This document shows positions 48,593 through 58,267 of a DNA stretch of 64,000 nucleotides, piece by piece; position 1 is the stretch's first letter; each line of letters opens with the position of its first letter. The notes under the pieces were generated by a model that was not told the origin of the DNA, ran no database searches, and saw only the letters and a list, made by a program, of their open reading frames with translations. This stretch comes from a virus: the IMG/VR virus record IMGVR_UViG_3300035180_002599, positions 1-64,000 of that record. One strand, given 5' to 3'. The position numbers and the translations under genes are program-made.

Positions 48593-49575
48593 AAAAAATT
48601 GACACGAAACATTATCTATGGGCGGAGAAATATAGACCTCAATTGGTTGAAGATATTATTATGCCAGATAGTGTTAAAAAACAAATGATGACTTGGGTTA
48701 AAACGGGTCAAATTCCAAATATAGGATTGTTTGGTTCTGTTCCTGGAACGGGAAAATCAACATTTGCTAATGTAATTCTTAAAGAATTAGATGCGGATTT
48801 TCTTTGGATTAACGCTTCAGCGGATGGTGGTATTGATAAAATGCGAACGGAAATTCCTAAGTTTGCACAAAGCGTTTCCATAAATGGACGTCCTAAGATA
48901 GTTGTATTGGATGAAGCAGATAACCTTACAGCGGTTACAAACGGTGCTCAATTTGCTATCCGTGGTATTATAGAAAAGTATGCATCCAATTGTCGTTTCA
49001 TGTTAACTGGAAACTATAAAGAACGTATCATTGAACCTATTTTAAATCGTTTGGTTAATTTTGATTTGGATGAACTTGCACAAGTTTACAAACAAGAAAA
49101 TGCTAAAGAAATTTTCCGAAGATTAAAATTCATTTTAGATAATGAAGGTGTAAAATATGATTCAAAAGCTTTAGGTCCTATTATTACAGCATCATACCCG
49201 AGCATTCGTGAAATGACGGTAACTTTACAGAAATTGACTGTAGAAAATGATGATGGTGAACTTGAATTGCTTACAAATGATAAAGTATTTGAAAGCTCTC
49301 AATTAATGCGTAAATTTTGTGATACTTTAGTACAAAAAGATTTCTTTGAAGCTAGAAAAATAATCACAGAGCTTGCAGATCATGATGCCGTTTATTCATA
49401 CCTTTGGAAACATATAGAAACTTATGTAGAAGAATCCAGTATCCCACAATTTGTTTTGATTTTGGCTAATTTTCAAGATCAATCTTTGCGAGCTCGTGAC
49501 AAGTCGGTCACTTTAGCAGCGTTTGTAGCAACCGTTATCATGACAGCTAACATTAAATTAATAACCAAGGAATAA
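48589..49575 (+). CDS. gp44: Clamp loader ATPase subunit
   Basis: LWAEKYRP, PGTGKST, INAS and LDEAD motifs. Confidence 0.92.
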   Translation: MKKIDTKHYLWAEKYRPQLVEDIIMPDSVKKQMMTWVKTGQIPNIGLFGSVPGTGKSTFANVILKELDADFLWINASADGGIDKMRTEIPKFAQSVSINGRPKIVVLDEADNLTAVTNGAQFAIRGIIEKYASNCRFMLTGNYKERIIEPILNRLVNFDLDELAQVYKQENAKEIFRRLKFILDNEGVKYDSKALGPIITASYPSIREMTVTLQKLTVENDDGELELLTNDKVFESSQLMRKFCDTLVQKDFFEARKIITELADHDAVYSYLWKHIETYVEESSIPQFVLILANFQDQSLRARDKSVTLAAFVATVIMTANIKLITKE

Positions 49576-49576
49576 A

Positions 49577-49975
49577 GTGACACCATCAGAATATATTAAA
49601 TTAGTTTTAAAAACAGAAAGTACAAAAGATCCAGTCAAATCAGAATATGGTGTTAATTCCCGTATTCTTCATGCATGTATGGGAACGGTTACAGAATCCG
49701 CAGAATTAATAGATGCTTGTAAAAAGTCTATGTTTTATGGAAAGACTTTAGATAAAGTAAATTTAGCAGAAGAAGCTGGTGATATTTTATGGTATATAGC
49801 TGTATTATGTGATGAGCTTAATATTACGTTTGAAGAATTATTTGAGGTGAATATTAATAAATTGAAAAAACGTTACGGTGACAAATTCAGTGATGAAAAA
49901 GCAGAAAACCGTGATATTGACTCCGAAAGAAAAATTCTAGAAGATGGACATTCATCTTTAATAAAAGGCTCATAA
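49577..49975 (+). CDS. MazG-like nucleotide pyrophosphohydrolase
   Basis: ESAELID..KK..EEAGDILWY..NINKLKKRY. Confidence 0.85.
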   Translation: MTPSEYIKLVLKTESTKDPVKSEYGVNSRILHACMGTVTESAELIDACKKSMFYGKTLDKVNLAEEAGDILWYIAVLCDELNITFEELFEVNINKLKKRYGDKFSDEKAENRDIDSERKILEDGHSSLIKGS

Positions 49976-50826
49976 TGAAAAAAGTTAAAAACGATTTCTT
50001 CCCAATTGTTTCACCAAAACCAGATGACAACATGAAAAATAATGAACATCATACATTGTTCATTAAACAAGAAGAAGGTGAATCTGTAAAGATTTCTCCT
50101 GATTATAAAAGATTCATTATGTATCTAACTGATTTTGCTGAAGATTCACGAGGACTACATGAAACTTATAATGTTCTAAGAGAAGCCGGAGATGATGATA
50201 TATTAGAGATTAGAATAAGCTCTCATGGCGGTTTTATCAAAGAAGGACAAATTTTACACAATATTATAACAGAAATATTTGATGGCAGATGTGTAACTGT
50301 ATTGGATCCTATGGGGTATTCAATGGGTGCGCTTGCATTTTGTATGGGAGATTATCGTTTAGTATATGAATCTTCAGAAATTATGTTCCATAATTACAGC
50401 ACCGGGTTGTGGGGTAAAGGTAATGAAATTTTAGCTCATATGAAACATACAGATAAAAGTATTAAAGACTTTTTTGATTCTGTAGTAATTGGTTTGACTG
50501 ATGCAGAAAAAGAAACGTTGTATGCTGGCGGAGATTTTTGGTTTAATGCTAAAGAGATGTGTCAACGAGGTATAGCAACTTCAGTTTCTGTAGGGCCACA
50601 TGTATTTGATGCTGAAGATTATCTTGAATTGTTGAAGCGTATGGGAAAAGAAGCTAAAGCAAAAGGTATCAAAAAACGTATTAAAACTTTGCGAGAAGCT
50701 CAAAAGATTTATGAAATTGATGTGGTTACTCCATTCATTGAAGAAAAAATGAAAGAAGAAGCAGAAGCATCAAAAGAATCAGAAGAAGTTAATAAAAAAG
50801 AAACAAAAAAAGGAAAAACAAAATGA
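49975..50826 (+). CDS. ClpP-like serine protease
   Basis: ISSHGG, YSMG, SEIMFH and DFWFNAKE motifs. Confidence 0.8.
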   Translation: MKKVKNDFFPIVSPKPDDNMKNNEHHTLFIKQEEGESVKISPDYKRFIMYLTDFAEDSRGLHETYNVLREAGDDDILEIRISSHGGFIKEGQILHNIITEIFDGRCVTVLDPMGYSMGALAFCMGDYRLVYESSEIMFHNYSTGLWGKGNEILAHMKHTDKSIKDFFDSVVIGLTDAEKETLYAGGDFWFNAKEMCQRGIATSVSVGPHVFDAEDYLELLKRMGKEAKAKGIKKRIKTLREAQKIYEIDVVTPFIEEKMKEEAEASKESEEVNKKETKKGKTK

Positions 50827-51422
50827 GTATTATAGAACCAGAATCAATTACACCAGAACCAGTACAAATTATTTGTATTCTTGACCGTTCTGGGTCAATG
50901 TCATCTTTAGTGTCCGATGTTATCGGATCTTACAACACGTTTATTGAGAAACAAAAATCTGAACCGGGTGAAGCTGAAGTAACTCTTGTTTTGTTTGATA
51001 CTCAGTATGAAGAAGTTTACAGCAAAGTTAATGTTAAAGAAGTTCCTTTGTTGGATAACAAAACTTATTTTGCTAGAGGAGGTACGGCACTATTAGATGC
51101 CGTTGGTAGAGCTATTTCTTCTTGTAATGCAGAAGATGCTATTGTGTTGATTCAAACAGATGGTGAAGAAAACTCTAGCAGAGAGTTCACTAAAGAAAAA
51201 TTAAAAGAACTGATTTCCAAAAAAGAAAAAGCCGGCTGGGATTTCATTTTCTTAGGCGCTAATATTGATGCCTTTTCTACAGGGGCTTCATTTGGATTGT
51301 CCCCTTCAAAATCTGTTCAATATACGGCAAATTCAGCTGGTATTGACCAAGCATTCATGGCTATGAGTACTGGTACCGCAAATTACAGAGCTAGTAAGCT
51401 TGGTAAATTTAACATATCTTAA
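50823..51422 (+). CDS. vWA-domain protein
   Basis: LDRSGSM, GGTALLDA, TDGEENSS and FLGAN motifs. Confidence 0.88.
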   Translation: MSIIEPESITPEPVQIICILDRSGSMSSLVSDVIGSYNTFIEKQKSEPGEAEVTLVLFDTQYEEVYSKVNVKEVPLLDNKTYFARGGTALLDAVGRAISSCNAEDAIVLIQTDGEENSSREFTKEKLKELISKKEKAGWDFIFLGANIDAFSTGASFGLSPSKSVQYTANSAGIDQAFMAMSTGTANYRASKLGKFNIS

Positions 51423-51456
51423 TCAAAGATATGTTAAAATATTAAAAAGGTAATAT

Positions 51457-52056
51457 ATGATAATAAGAAAATTATTTAAATTTGAAGGTGCTCATATTGT
51501 TAGAAATTGTTCATCTGATAGATGTAAGAGATCTTTACATGGTCATAGCTATGTAGTAGAATGTTTTTTCTCTTCTAAAGGATTAGATCAAGGACAAATG
51601 GTCATGGATTTTGGTTTAATGAAAGGTACTGTAAAAGATCTAATTGATTCATTTGACCACGCTTATAGTATGTGGAATAAAGAATCTGAGGATTTTAAAA
51701 ATTTCATTTATGAAAATTCAGCTAGATGGATTTCAATGCCAGTTTCTCCTAGTGCAGAAGCTTATTCTTTAATGTTATTTTATATCATTGATAAAATTGT
51801 AAAAGCTACAGAATTCAATAACGGTGAAAAAGAAGTAGAGCTGGTTTCGGTTAGAGTACATGAGACAACCACTGGATATGCAGAATCGTTTAGAGCTGAT
51901 TTAGAATATTTCCCATTTAATTTGATGGATATAACATTTAGTGAGCAAATAAAATCAGAATGGCACGATCCGGAAATGTATGATAAATTGATTCAATATA
52001 ATCAACGACCTATGAAAAAACCGTTTGTCAACCCTATAGTTGTTCAGCAAGTTTAA
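51457..52056 (+). CDS. queD: 6-carboxy-5,6,7,8-tetrahydropterin synthase (QueD)
   Basis: FEGAHIVRNCSS..C..SLHGHSY, DFG, FDH, PSAE and VHET motifs. Confidence 0.9.
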   Translation: MIIRKLFKFEGAHIVRNCSSDRCKRSLHGHSYVVECFFSSKGLDQGQMVMDFGLMKGTVKDLIDSFDHAYSMWNKESEDFKNFIYENSARWISMPVSPSAEAYSLMLFYIIDKIVKATEFNNGEKEVELVSVRVHETTTGYAESFRADLEYFPFNLMDITFSEQIKSEWHDPEMYDKLIQYNQRPMKKPFVNPIVVQQV

Positions 52057-52349
52057 TGAAAGTATCCGAGTTTGAAACCATTTTTGCTAAGGAGTTATCC
52101 TTAGCAATGTCCCATATCTTGGGGTATGATGTTAAAATCACTGCGTTTCATGATACTAATCATTATGAAGATATGATAATTATTCAATTGTATTGTCCAA
52201 ATCAATTTAAAGCAATTGACGGTACAGTAAAAGAGTTTAAAAATTTTGCTATTTCTCATAAAATTAAAGAGTTAAAATGGGAAGATTGTTATAATCATAC
52301 CCAATGGTGTTTAAATTTTCTGGACATATATCCAGAAATTTTGTTATAA
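52056..52349 (+). CDS. Hypothetical protein ending YPEILL
   Basis: Coupled start. Confidence 0.6.
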   Translation: MKVSEFETIFAKELSLAMSHILGYDVKITAFHDTNHYEDMIIIQLYCPNQFKAIDGTVKEFKNFAISHKIKELKWEDCYNHTQWCLNFLDIYPEILL

Positions 52350-52401
52350 ATATTTTACAGGTTATCCTGAAAATAAAAAAATCGTTGAAAAAGGTAAAAA
52401 A

Positions 52402-53451
52402 ATGTCGTTGATTGATAAATTAAGAAAAAACTCTACTATTAAAGAAGCGTCGGTTCTAAGCGAATCTAAATTCTTCACAGAAAAAGAACAAATCCCTACA
52501 GATATTCCTATGTTAAATGTTGCATTGGGTGGAAGTATTCAAGGTGGTCTAGGTGCGGGTTTGACCATGATTGCCGGTCCGTCTAAACACTTTAAATCAA
52601 ATTTTGCATTGAAAATGGTCAGCACTTTTTTAGCAAAGAAAAAAGATGGCGTTGTAATGTTTTATGATTCAGAGTTCGGCTCTCCTGATAGTTACTTCAA
52701 AAGTTTTGGCATTAATACAGATAATGTTTTGCATCTCCCTATTAAAAATGTAGAGGAATTGAAATTTGACATTGTGAAACAACTTGAAGAATTGGATAAA
52801 AAAGATAATGTAATGATTCTAATTGACTCGATTGGGAATCTTGCAAGCAAAAAAGAAATTGATGATGCATTGAAAGAAAATGCGGCTGCGGATATGTCAA
52901 GAGCTAAACAATTGAAATCTTTGTTCCGTATGGTAACTCCATATCTTACATTCAAAGATATTCCTATGATTGTTATTAATCATACTTATCAAGAGATTGG
53001 ATTGTTTCCGAAACAAATAGTTGGCGGAGGTACTGGGTCTACTTATTCTGCAAATGCTGTTTGGATTGTTGGTCGTTCACAAGAAAAAACAGGTACTGAG
53101 ATTACTGGATGGAACTTCACTATCAATATTGAAAAATCACGGTTTGTTAAAGAAAAATCTAAAATTGAAATTAATGTTACTTATGATGGTGGTATTGATA
53201 AATTTTCAGGACTTTTGGATAATGCATTGGAAGGTGGATATGTAATTAAACCATCGAATGGATGGTATTCACGCGCGCATATTCCAGATGATAAAAAATT
53301 CCGAGAAAAAGATACTCATACTGATGATTTTTGGAACACTATTCTTAATGATACGAACTTTCCTTCATATCTTGAGAAAAAATATAAACTAGTTACGGAT
53401 ATAAGTTTTGATAACGTTTTGGTTGAAGAACCAGATGAAGATGACGTTTGA
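52402..53451 (+). CDS. uvsX: UvsX / RecA-like recombinase
   Basis: AGPSKHFKS, YDSEFG, DSIGNLASKKE and KSRFVKEKSK motifs. Confidence 0.95.
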   Translation: MSLIDKLRKNSTIKEASVLSESKFFTEKEQIPTDIPMLNVALGGSIQGGLGAGLTMIAGPSKHFKSNFALKMVSTFLAKKKDGVVMFYDSEFGSPDSYFKSFGINTDNVLHLPIKNVEELKFDIVKQLEELDKKDNVMILIDSIGNLASKKEIDDALKENAAADMSRAKQLKSLFRMVTPYLTFKDIPMIVINHTYQEIGLFPKQIVGGGTGSTYSANAVWIVGRSQEKTGTEITGWNFTINIEKSRFVKEKSKIEINVTYDGGIDKFSGLLDNALEGGYVIKPSNGWYSRAHIPDDKKFREKDTHTDDFWNTILNDTNFPSYLEKKYKLVTDISFDNVLVEEPDEDDV

Positions 53452-53920
53452 TTCTTTCATAAATCCTCTTGAAAAAAGAGGTACATATTCTGCAATAAAA
53501 TTTTCTAAAGAATCCGTAGAAACGCTCATTAACAAAATAAATGATTTACAAATACCGAACCCAATAGATAAAGAAGATATTCATTGCACTTTAATATACA
53601 GCAGAAAATATTTACCTTATTATGAAGCTACCACTCCTATGAAATTTGAATTCCCTATTTCATGCGGGGATTTAGATTTATTTGGAGAAAATAGAAATAT
53701 ATTAGTTCTTAAATTGAATTCTAAGATATTGACGTTCAGACATAATGAAATAATGTCAGATTATTCGGGTGTTTATGACTACGATGAGTATATTCCTCAT
53801 ATAACTTTATCTTATGATGTTGGAAACTTTGATATTTCTTCAATCAAAGCAGCATTCAAAAATATAAAATTAAAATCACAAATCGAATATTCAGAACCGC
53901 TAGATTTATCTGATAAATAA
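53441..53920 (+). CDS. acb1: 2H phosphodiesterase, T4 57B / anti-CBASS Acb1-like
   Basis: GTYSAIKFS..IPNPI..IHCTLIYSR and YIPHITLSY (two HxT motifs). Confidence 0.8.
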   Translation: MTFDSFINPLEKRGTYSAIKFSKESVETLINKINDLQIPNPIDKEDIHCTLIYSRKYLPYYEATTPMKFEFPISCGDLDLFGENRNILVLKLNSKILTFRHNEIMSDYSGVYDYDEYIPHITLSYDVGNFDISSIKAAFKNIKLKSQIEYSEPLDLSDK

Positions 53921-53945
53921 GATTAGATAAACAATCGAGGTAAAT

Positions 53946-54491
53946 ATGGAAAAATTTAGTAAATACAATGCTCAATTAGAACTTAATGAAGCTATGTTCA
54001 ATTTGGTGGTTGCCATGAGTTTTAATGAAGATCTAAATGAAGGTAAAATTGATAATTTTGCTAATAAATTTGGAATGAAAATTCATAAAAGCAACGGGTT
54101 AATAGATTATATAAAAAAATTCACTATGGCTACGGGAAAATTACTTTTAGCCGCTATAAAAGGTGACGCTGAAACTGTTAAAAAAATTGCTACGTCAGTT
54201 ACAAAAGAAGAATTTATTGACTTTCTTTTAAAACTAGATATGGCTACATTGCATTTGATTACTGGACCTATTCACATGATTGATGCAATAACTGGATGGG
54301 ATCTTTCAGCAAACCTTCAACACTATACTGGACATGTTAAAGATGTGGTTGTTAAATCTGTTAAAGATGCTTTAGATTATGTAAAAGATAAAATAGATAA
54401 CTTCATGGCTCCTGGTGAAAAACGGGAAGAGATGGAAAAACACGTAATAACTTTACAAAAATTAGCAGATCCTGCTTTATTGGCAGCTTAG
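53946..54491 (+). CDS. Hypothetical, probably virion protein
   Basis: LNE repeats near the N-terminus; GATAAATA upstream. Confidence 0.65.
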   Translation: MEKFSKYNAQLELNEAMFNLVVAMSFNEDLNEGKIDNFANKFGMKIHKSNGLIDYIKKFTMATGKLLLAAIKGDAETVKKIATSVTKEEFIDFLLKLDMATLHLITGPIHMIDAITGWDLSANLQHYTGHVKDVVVKSVKDALDYVKDKIDNFMAPGEKREEMEKHVITLQKLADPALLAA

Positions 54492-54502
54492 GAGAAAAAT
54501 AT

Positions 54503-55501
54503 ATGTGTGTTATAGTAGCAGCGAAATTACCAAGAAATAAAAAAACAGGCTTACCAGAAAAAGACGCTCAATGGCGTTTAGCAAAAATTAGAGATAGAAC
54601 ATATTCCCCTACTTATAAATTGAAACGTTATACAGTAAATGAAGTAGGTGCATCTCAAATATTTCTTGTAGACCTTGACACGGATTGGACTGAAGGATTA
54701 TCTATTCACCCAGATGGATCTTATATGGGAATGGTAAATTCAGCTCTTAATAATTCAAGCGATAAGAAAGACGATGGAAGTAAATCATCTTCAGAAGGTT
54801 CTATTTCTGTAAATGGTAAAGCTATTAGAAGAGCTTTAAAACTTCATAATATCGAAAAAGCAGTTGAACTATTAAAAGAATATAAATTTGATGGAAATAC
54901 ATTCCTTACAGATGGTGATCGTTTGTTCATCATGGAGACATACCTTCCTGCTGAAGTTAAAGACAAATACCGTTCTAAAATAGAAGGAACAAACAAACGT
55001 TTTGAAGATGTAGTTCCTCCCGAGGAATATGTAGTAAGCACTAAAGAAATTAAAAAAGATTATTTAGTTGTAAGAGCTAATTCTGGAGTATTAGATCCAG
55101 ACGGTGGTTATGTAGAAGTTGATGGTGATAGTTATGAGTCTTCTCAAAAAAGAAGAGAATACACTATGAAGTTCATTGAAGAATCTGTTTATGAACCAAT
55201 TGAATTAATAACTAAATTATCTAGACTAGGACGAGATGATATAGACAAAAATCCGTTTTTCAGACCAATTAGATTGAAAGGAAAAGCTAAATCAAAAGAC
55301 AATCCAAACGTTGAAATATTTAGCACATCTATTATCCAATTGGACCCAGCAGGAACTATGATCTTAAAACCAATAGAATGTAAAGTTGAGGATGTAAGTG
55401 TCAATAAATTAGTTTCTGGTAAATATTTAGCAAATCTTGTAATTTTACCAGAAAGTTCACCAATGTTTGAAAATTTCAGAACATTTGTATTACAAAAATA
55501 A
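54503..55501 (+). CDS. Ntn-hydrolase-like protein
   Basis: Starts MCVIV (Cys nucleophile); KIRDR, EG and VNSAL motifs. Confidence 0.55.
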   Translation: MCVIVAAKLPRNKKTGLPEKDAQWRLAKIRDRTYSPTYKLKRYTVNEVGASQIFLVDLDTDWTEGLSIHPDGSYMGMVNSALNNSSDKKDDGSKSSSEGSISVNGKAIRRALKLHNIEKAVELLKEYKFDGNTFLTDGDRLFIMETYLPAEVKDKYRSKIEGTNKRFEDVVPPEEYVVSTKEIKKDYLVVRANSGVLDPDGGYVEVDGDSYESSQKRREYTMKFIEESVYEPIELITKLSRLGRDDIDKNPFFRPIRLKGKAKSKDNPNVEIFSTSIIQLDPAGTMILKPIECKVEDVSVNKLVSGKYLANLVILPESSPMFENFRTFVLQK

Positions 55502-55517
55502 GGGCATAGCCCTTATT
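55497..55517 (+). terminator. Hairpin
   Basis: AATAAGGGC-ata-GCCCTTATT. Confidence 0.45.
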
Positions 55518-55530
55518 GAGAGAAAACCTA

Positions 55531-56283
55531 ATGAATAAATTTAGCCAATTTGTAAATGAAAATGATTATAACTTGTTTGTAAAAACTGCAGATCTTTATA
55601 TAGAAAATCCGTTTTTATATCAACAACAATTAAATGAGGGTATTCTAGACTTTTTTAAAGATAAAATACAATTTATAAAAGACTTGGCTGAAAAATTTTC
55701 AATTGATGTAGTAAATCTGTTGAAAATCTTCAAAGAAAAATATGTATTTGGTTTTTTCTCAAAAATAGGTTGGTCTATGGCTAAACTAGTTGAACTAGTG
55801 CAAAAAGGTCATAAAATACAAAAGAATTTACATGATATTATTTTTAAATGGGCTAAAGAACACGGAGTAACGAAATGGACTGATGATAAAATCAAGTTAC
55901 TAGATGAGTATTTAAATCATCACCCTTATTTAAAAACTGTAACAGGACTTGCTGTTGCTGGTTTTTTGATTTATCAATGGACTAATTTAATTTCATTTAC
56001 GGGTGAAGTAGATTTTGATTTTGACCAAACATCTTTATTTCAAGCATTAACAGGGTCATTTTCTTTAACTGATATATTTGGTGGAGAAAATGGATTAAAA
56101 TTATTAACTTTTATAACCACAGGAACATTATTTAATATATCTCTTCCGTATCCAGGAGGAACTTGGGTCTTATTCGTGTTTAGCATTATTTACACAGTAT
56201 CTAAATACAAATTCCCTCAAATCGCTAATTCAATGAAACCGATGCTGAAAAAAGTATCAGTTCTTAAAAAAGAGAAAATATGA
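55531..56283 (+). CDS. Hypothetical virion / membrane protein
   Basis: MNKFSQFVNE..LNEG N-terminus; hydrophobic C-terminal half. Confidence 0.65.
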   Translation: MNKFSQFVNENDYNLFVKTADLYIENPFLYQQQLNEGILDFFKDKIQFIKDLAEKFSIDVVNLLKIFKEKYVFGFFSKIGWSMAKLVELVQKGHKIQKNLHDIIFKWAKEHGVTKWTDDKIKLLDEYLNHHPYLKTVTGLAVAGFLIYQWTNLISFTGEVDFDFDQTSLFQALTGSFSLTDIFGGENGLKLLTFITTGTLFNISLPYPGGTWVLFVFSIIYTVSKYKFPQIANSMKPMLKKVSVLKKEKI

Positions 56284-56395
56284 CATTCAATATATGCCCA
56301 ATATGTGGTTCAGTTTATTCTGATATTATTTGTTTTAAATGTGCCAAAAATAATTTTATTTTAAGATAGCTATGATTATATAAAGGAAAAAGAAT

Positions 56396-57406
56396 ATGAA
56401 TTATGATTTACAAACTTTCAAAAATATGTTACCAGATGGATATACGCTTTTGTATGTAACAAAATCTGGATCTCAGTTGTACGGGACAAATACACCAAGA
56501 TCCGATACCGATTATAAAGGTGTTTATGCACCATCTGTTTATAGTTTAGTAACCAAAACAGATTTAGAAGAAGTTAAAAACGACACCGGAAATGACAAAA
56601 CAAAAAACAGTGCAGATGATGTGGATTGTACTTTAGATTCATTAGGTAAATTTTTTCTATTGCTCTCTAAAGGTGAAACTGGAGCATTGGACGTATTATT
56701 CTCTATGTTTCGTGAGGATACTATAGTTTATGCAGAGCCAACATTTTTAGAACACATGAAAACTGTGTATAAAGGTTTTTTAAGCTCAAACACTAAAGCG
56801 TTCATGGGATATTGTTTTCAACAAGCTACGAAATACGGCCTTAAAGGTAAACGATATGATTCATTGATGAAATTATTCAATGAAGCGTCTCCTTTAAATT
56901 CATCTAAAGATCTTACCGTTGCTGATTGGTTGGGAAATTTAGACTTTTCTACATTTGATGAAGCTCACGTAAAAGTAACTAGCAAAGATAATGGTGAATA
57001 TTTGTATGTTCTGGGGCGGGAATTTCATATGAAAATGCCCATGAAAGATGCGGGTCCCGTTTTGGAGAAAATGAAAGGAATGTATGGTGAAAGAACCAAA
57101 CAAGCATCAGAATCAGCTAATGGATCCACTGATTGGAAAGCCTTATCTCATGCAGTTCGTGTTGTTGAAGAAGCAAAAGAATTATTGACAGATGAGTTCA
57201 TAACGTTTCCATTAAAAAATGCAGAATATGTTAAACTTGTCAAACAAGGAAAATGTTCTGTAGAAAATGTAATGGAAACATTAGAACAAGAAATGAACAC
57301 AGTAGAAAATTTGCTACTAAGTACTAAATTACCTTCAGAAGTTGATAAGAATTTTGTGGATACAACTTTGTATTCAATAATAGATTTTTACAAAGCTCAA
57401 GCCTGA
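56396..57406 (+). CDS. Nucleotidyltransferase (Pol-beta superfamily, T4 NrdC.11-like)
   Basis: GSQLYGTNTPRSDTDYKG; DWKALSHAVR. Confidence 0.8.
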   Translation: MNYDLQTFKNMLPDGYTLLYVTKSGSQLYGTNTPRSDTDYKGVYAPSVYSLVTKTDLEEVKNDTGNDKTKNSADDVDCTLDSLGKFFLLLSKGETGALDVLFSMFREDTIVYAEPTFLEHMKTVYKGFLSSNTKAFMGYCFQQATKYGLKGKRYDSLMKLFNEASPLNSSKDLTVADWLGNLDFSTFDEAHVKVTSKDNGEYLYVLGREFHMKMPMKDAGPVLEKMKGMYGERTKQASESANGSTDWKALSHAVRVVEEAKELLTDEFITFPLKNAEYVKLVKQGKCSVENVMETLEQEMNTVENLLLSTKLPSEVDKNFVDTTLYSIIDFYKAQA

Positions 57407-57505
57407 TTAACTCATGTAGCCCATCCCGCCAATTTTTTGGTTGGGTTTTTTGAACTATGTTATTTAAAAAATTTAATCTAGCTTTTTTGTAAGCCAGAAC
57501 AAATG

Positions 57506-58243
57506 TCATTGTTGCCCCATTCCTTCTAATATTTTTAATAAGTCTTTATATGTTCTTATAACCGAAAAAGATGTAATAATATGATTCTGCTGTAATCATT
57601 ATTTCATTATTTTTATATGTACTATAATCAGGCATTGAACCGGATTTTGTATATGTATCCACCACAGTTGTTAACCATTTAGTTGAAGGTTCTTCATTAA
57701 ATTTAGATGCAGTATTATTTTTTTAATCTGTGTACAGTTGGCCAAAACTATTATTTCCAAGAAAATCAGGTACTGTTAAACCAAACGAATCTGCAAGATC
57801 CTTTACAACATCATCCTTATAAGTATAACCAAGTGTTGTAATCATTTCTACTGATTTTGGGAGATAAAGTAATCTTGTCATATCTTTTACTACTTTTGAA
57901 AAATAGAAAGTTGAACCTGGTTTAGGTATAATAATTGCAGTCTCCCCAAGTTGTTTAAATGAGTTAGCAAGACTAATTGAATATGTACAAAATAATGATG
58001 ATCGAAGTTTTACACCGAACTTTTTATTAAACAAAGAATCCATTTTCTCTGATAGTTCTTTTGATGTGTTTAACGGGGCCCTATCTGTCCTAATTTTAAA
58101 CTCACCAAATGTATCAAGTTTTTTTTGCAAATCCTCGAAACAAACAATGATTTTTTTCTAATTTTTGTGAGAATAATTTGTTGACGGATAGTATCAAAAT
58201 TGTCTGTAAAATCATTTTCCAATACAAATCGTCTAAAATTCAT
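57506..58243 (-). pseudogene. Frameshifted tandem paralog of 58268..59050 (ART-like family)
   Basis: MNFRRFVLE.., SQKLEKNHCLFRGF, RAPLNT, YKNNEIMI and RTYKDLL segments lie in different frames (about four shifts, including the A8 run at 58119-58126). Confidence 0.7.
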
Positions 58244-58267
58244 TGCTTTATCGGCTTTACTTTTAAT

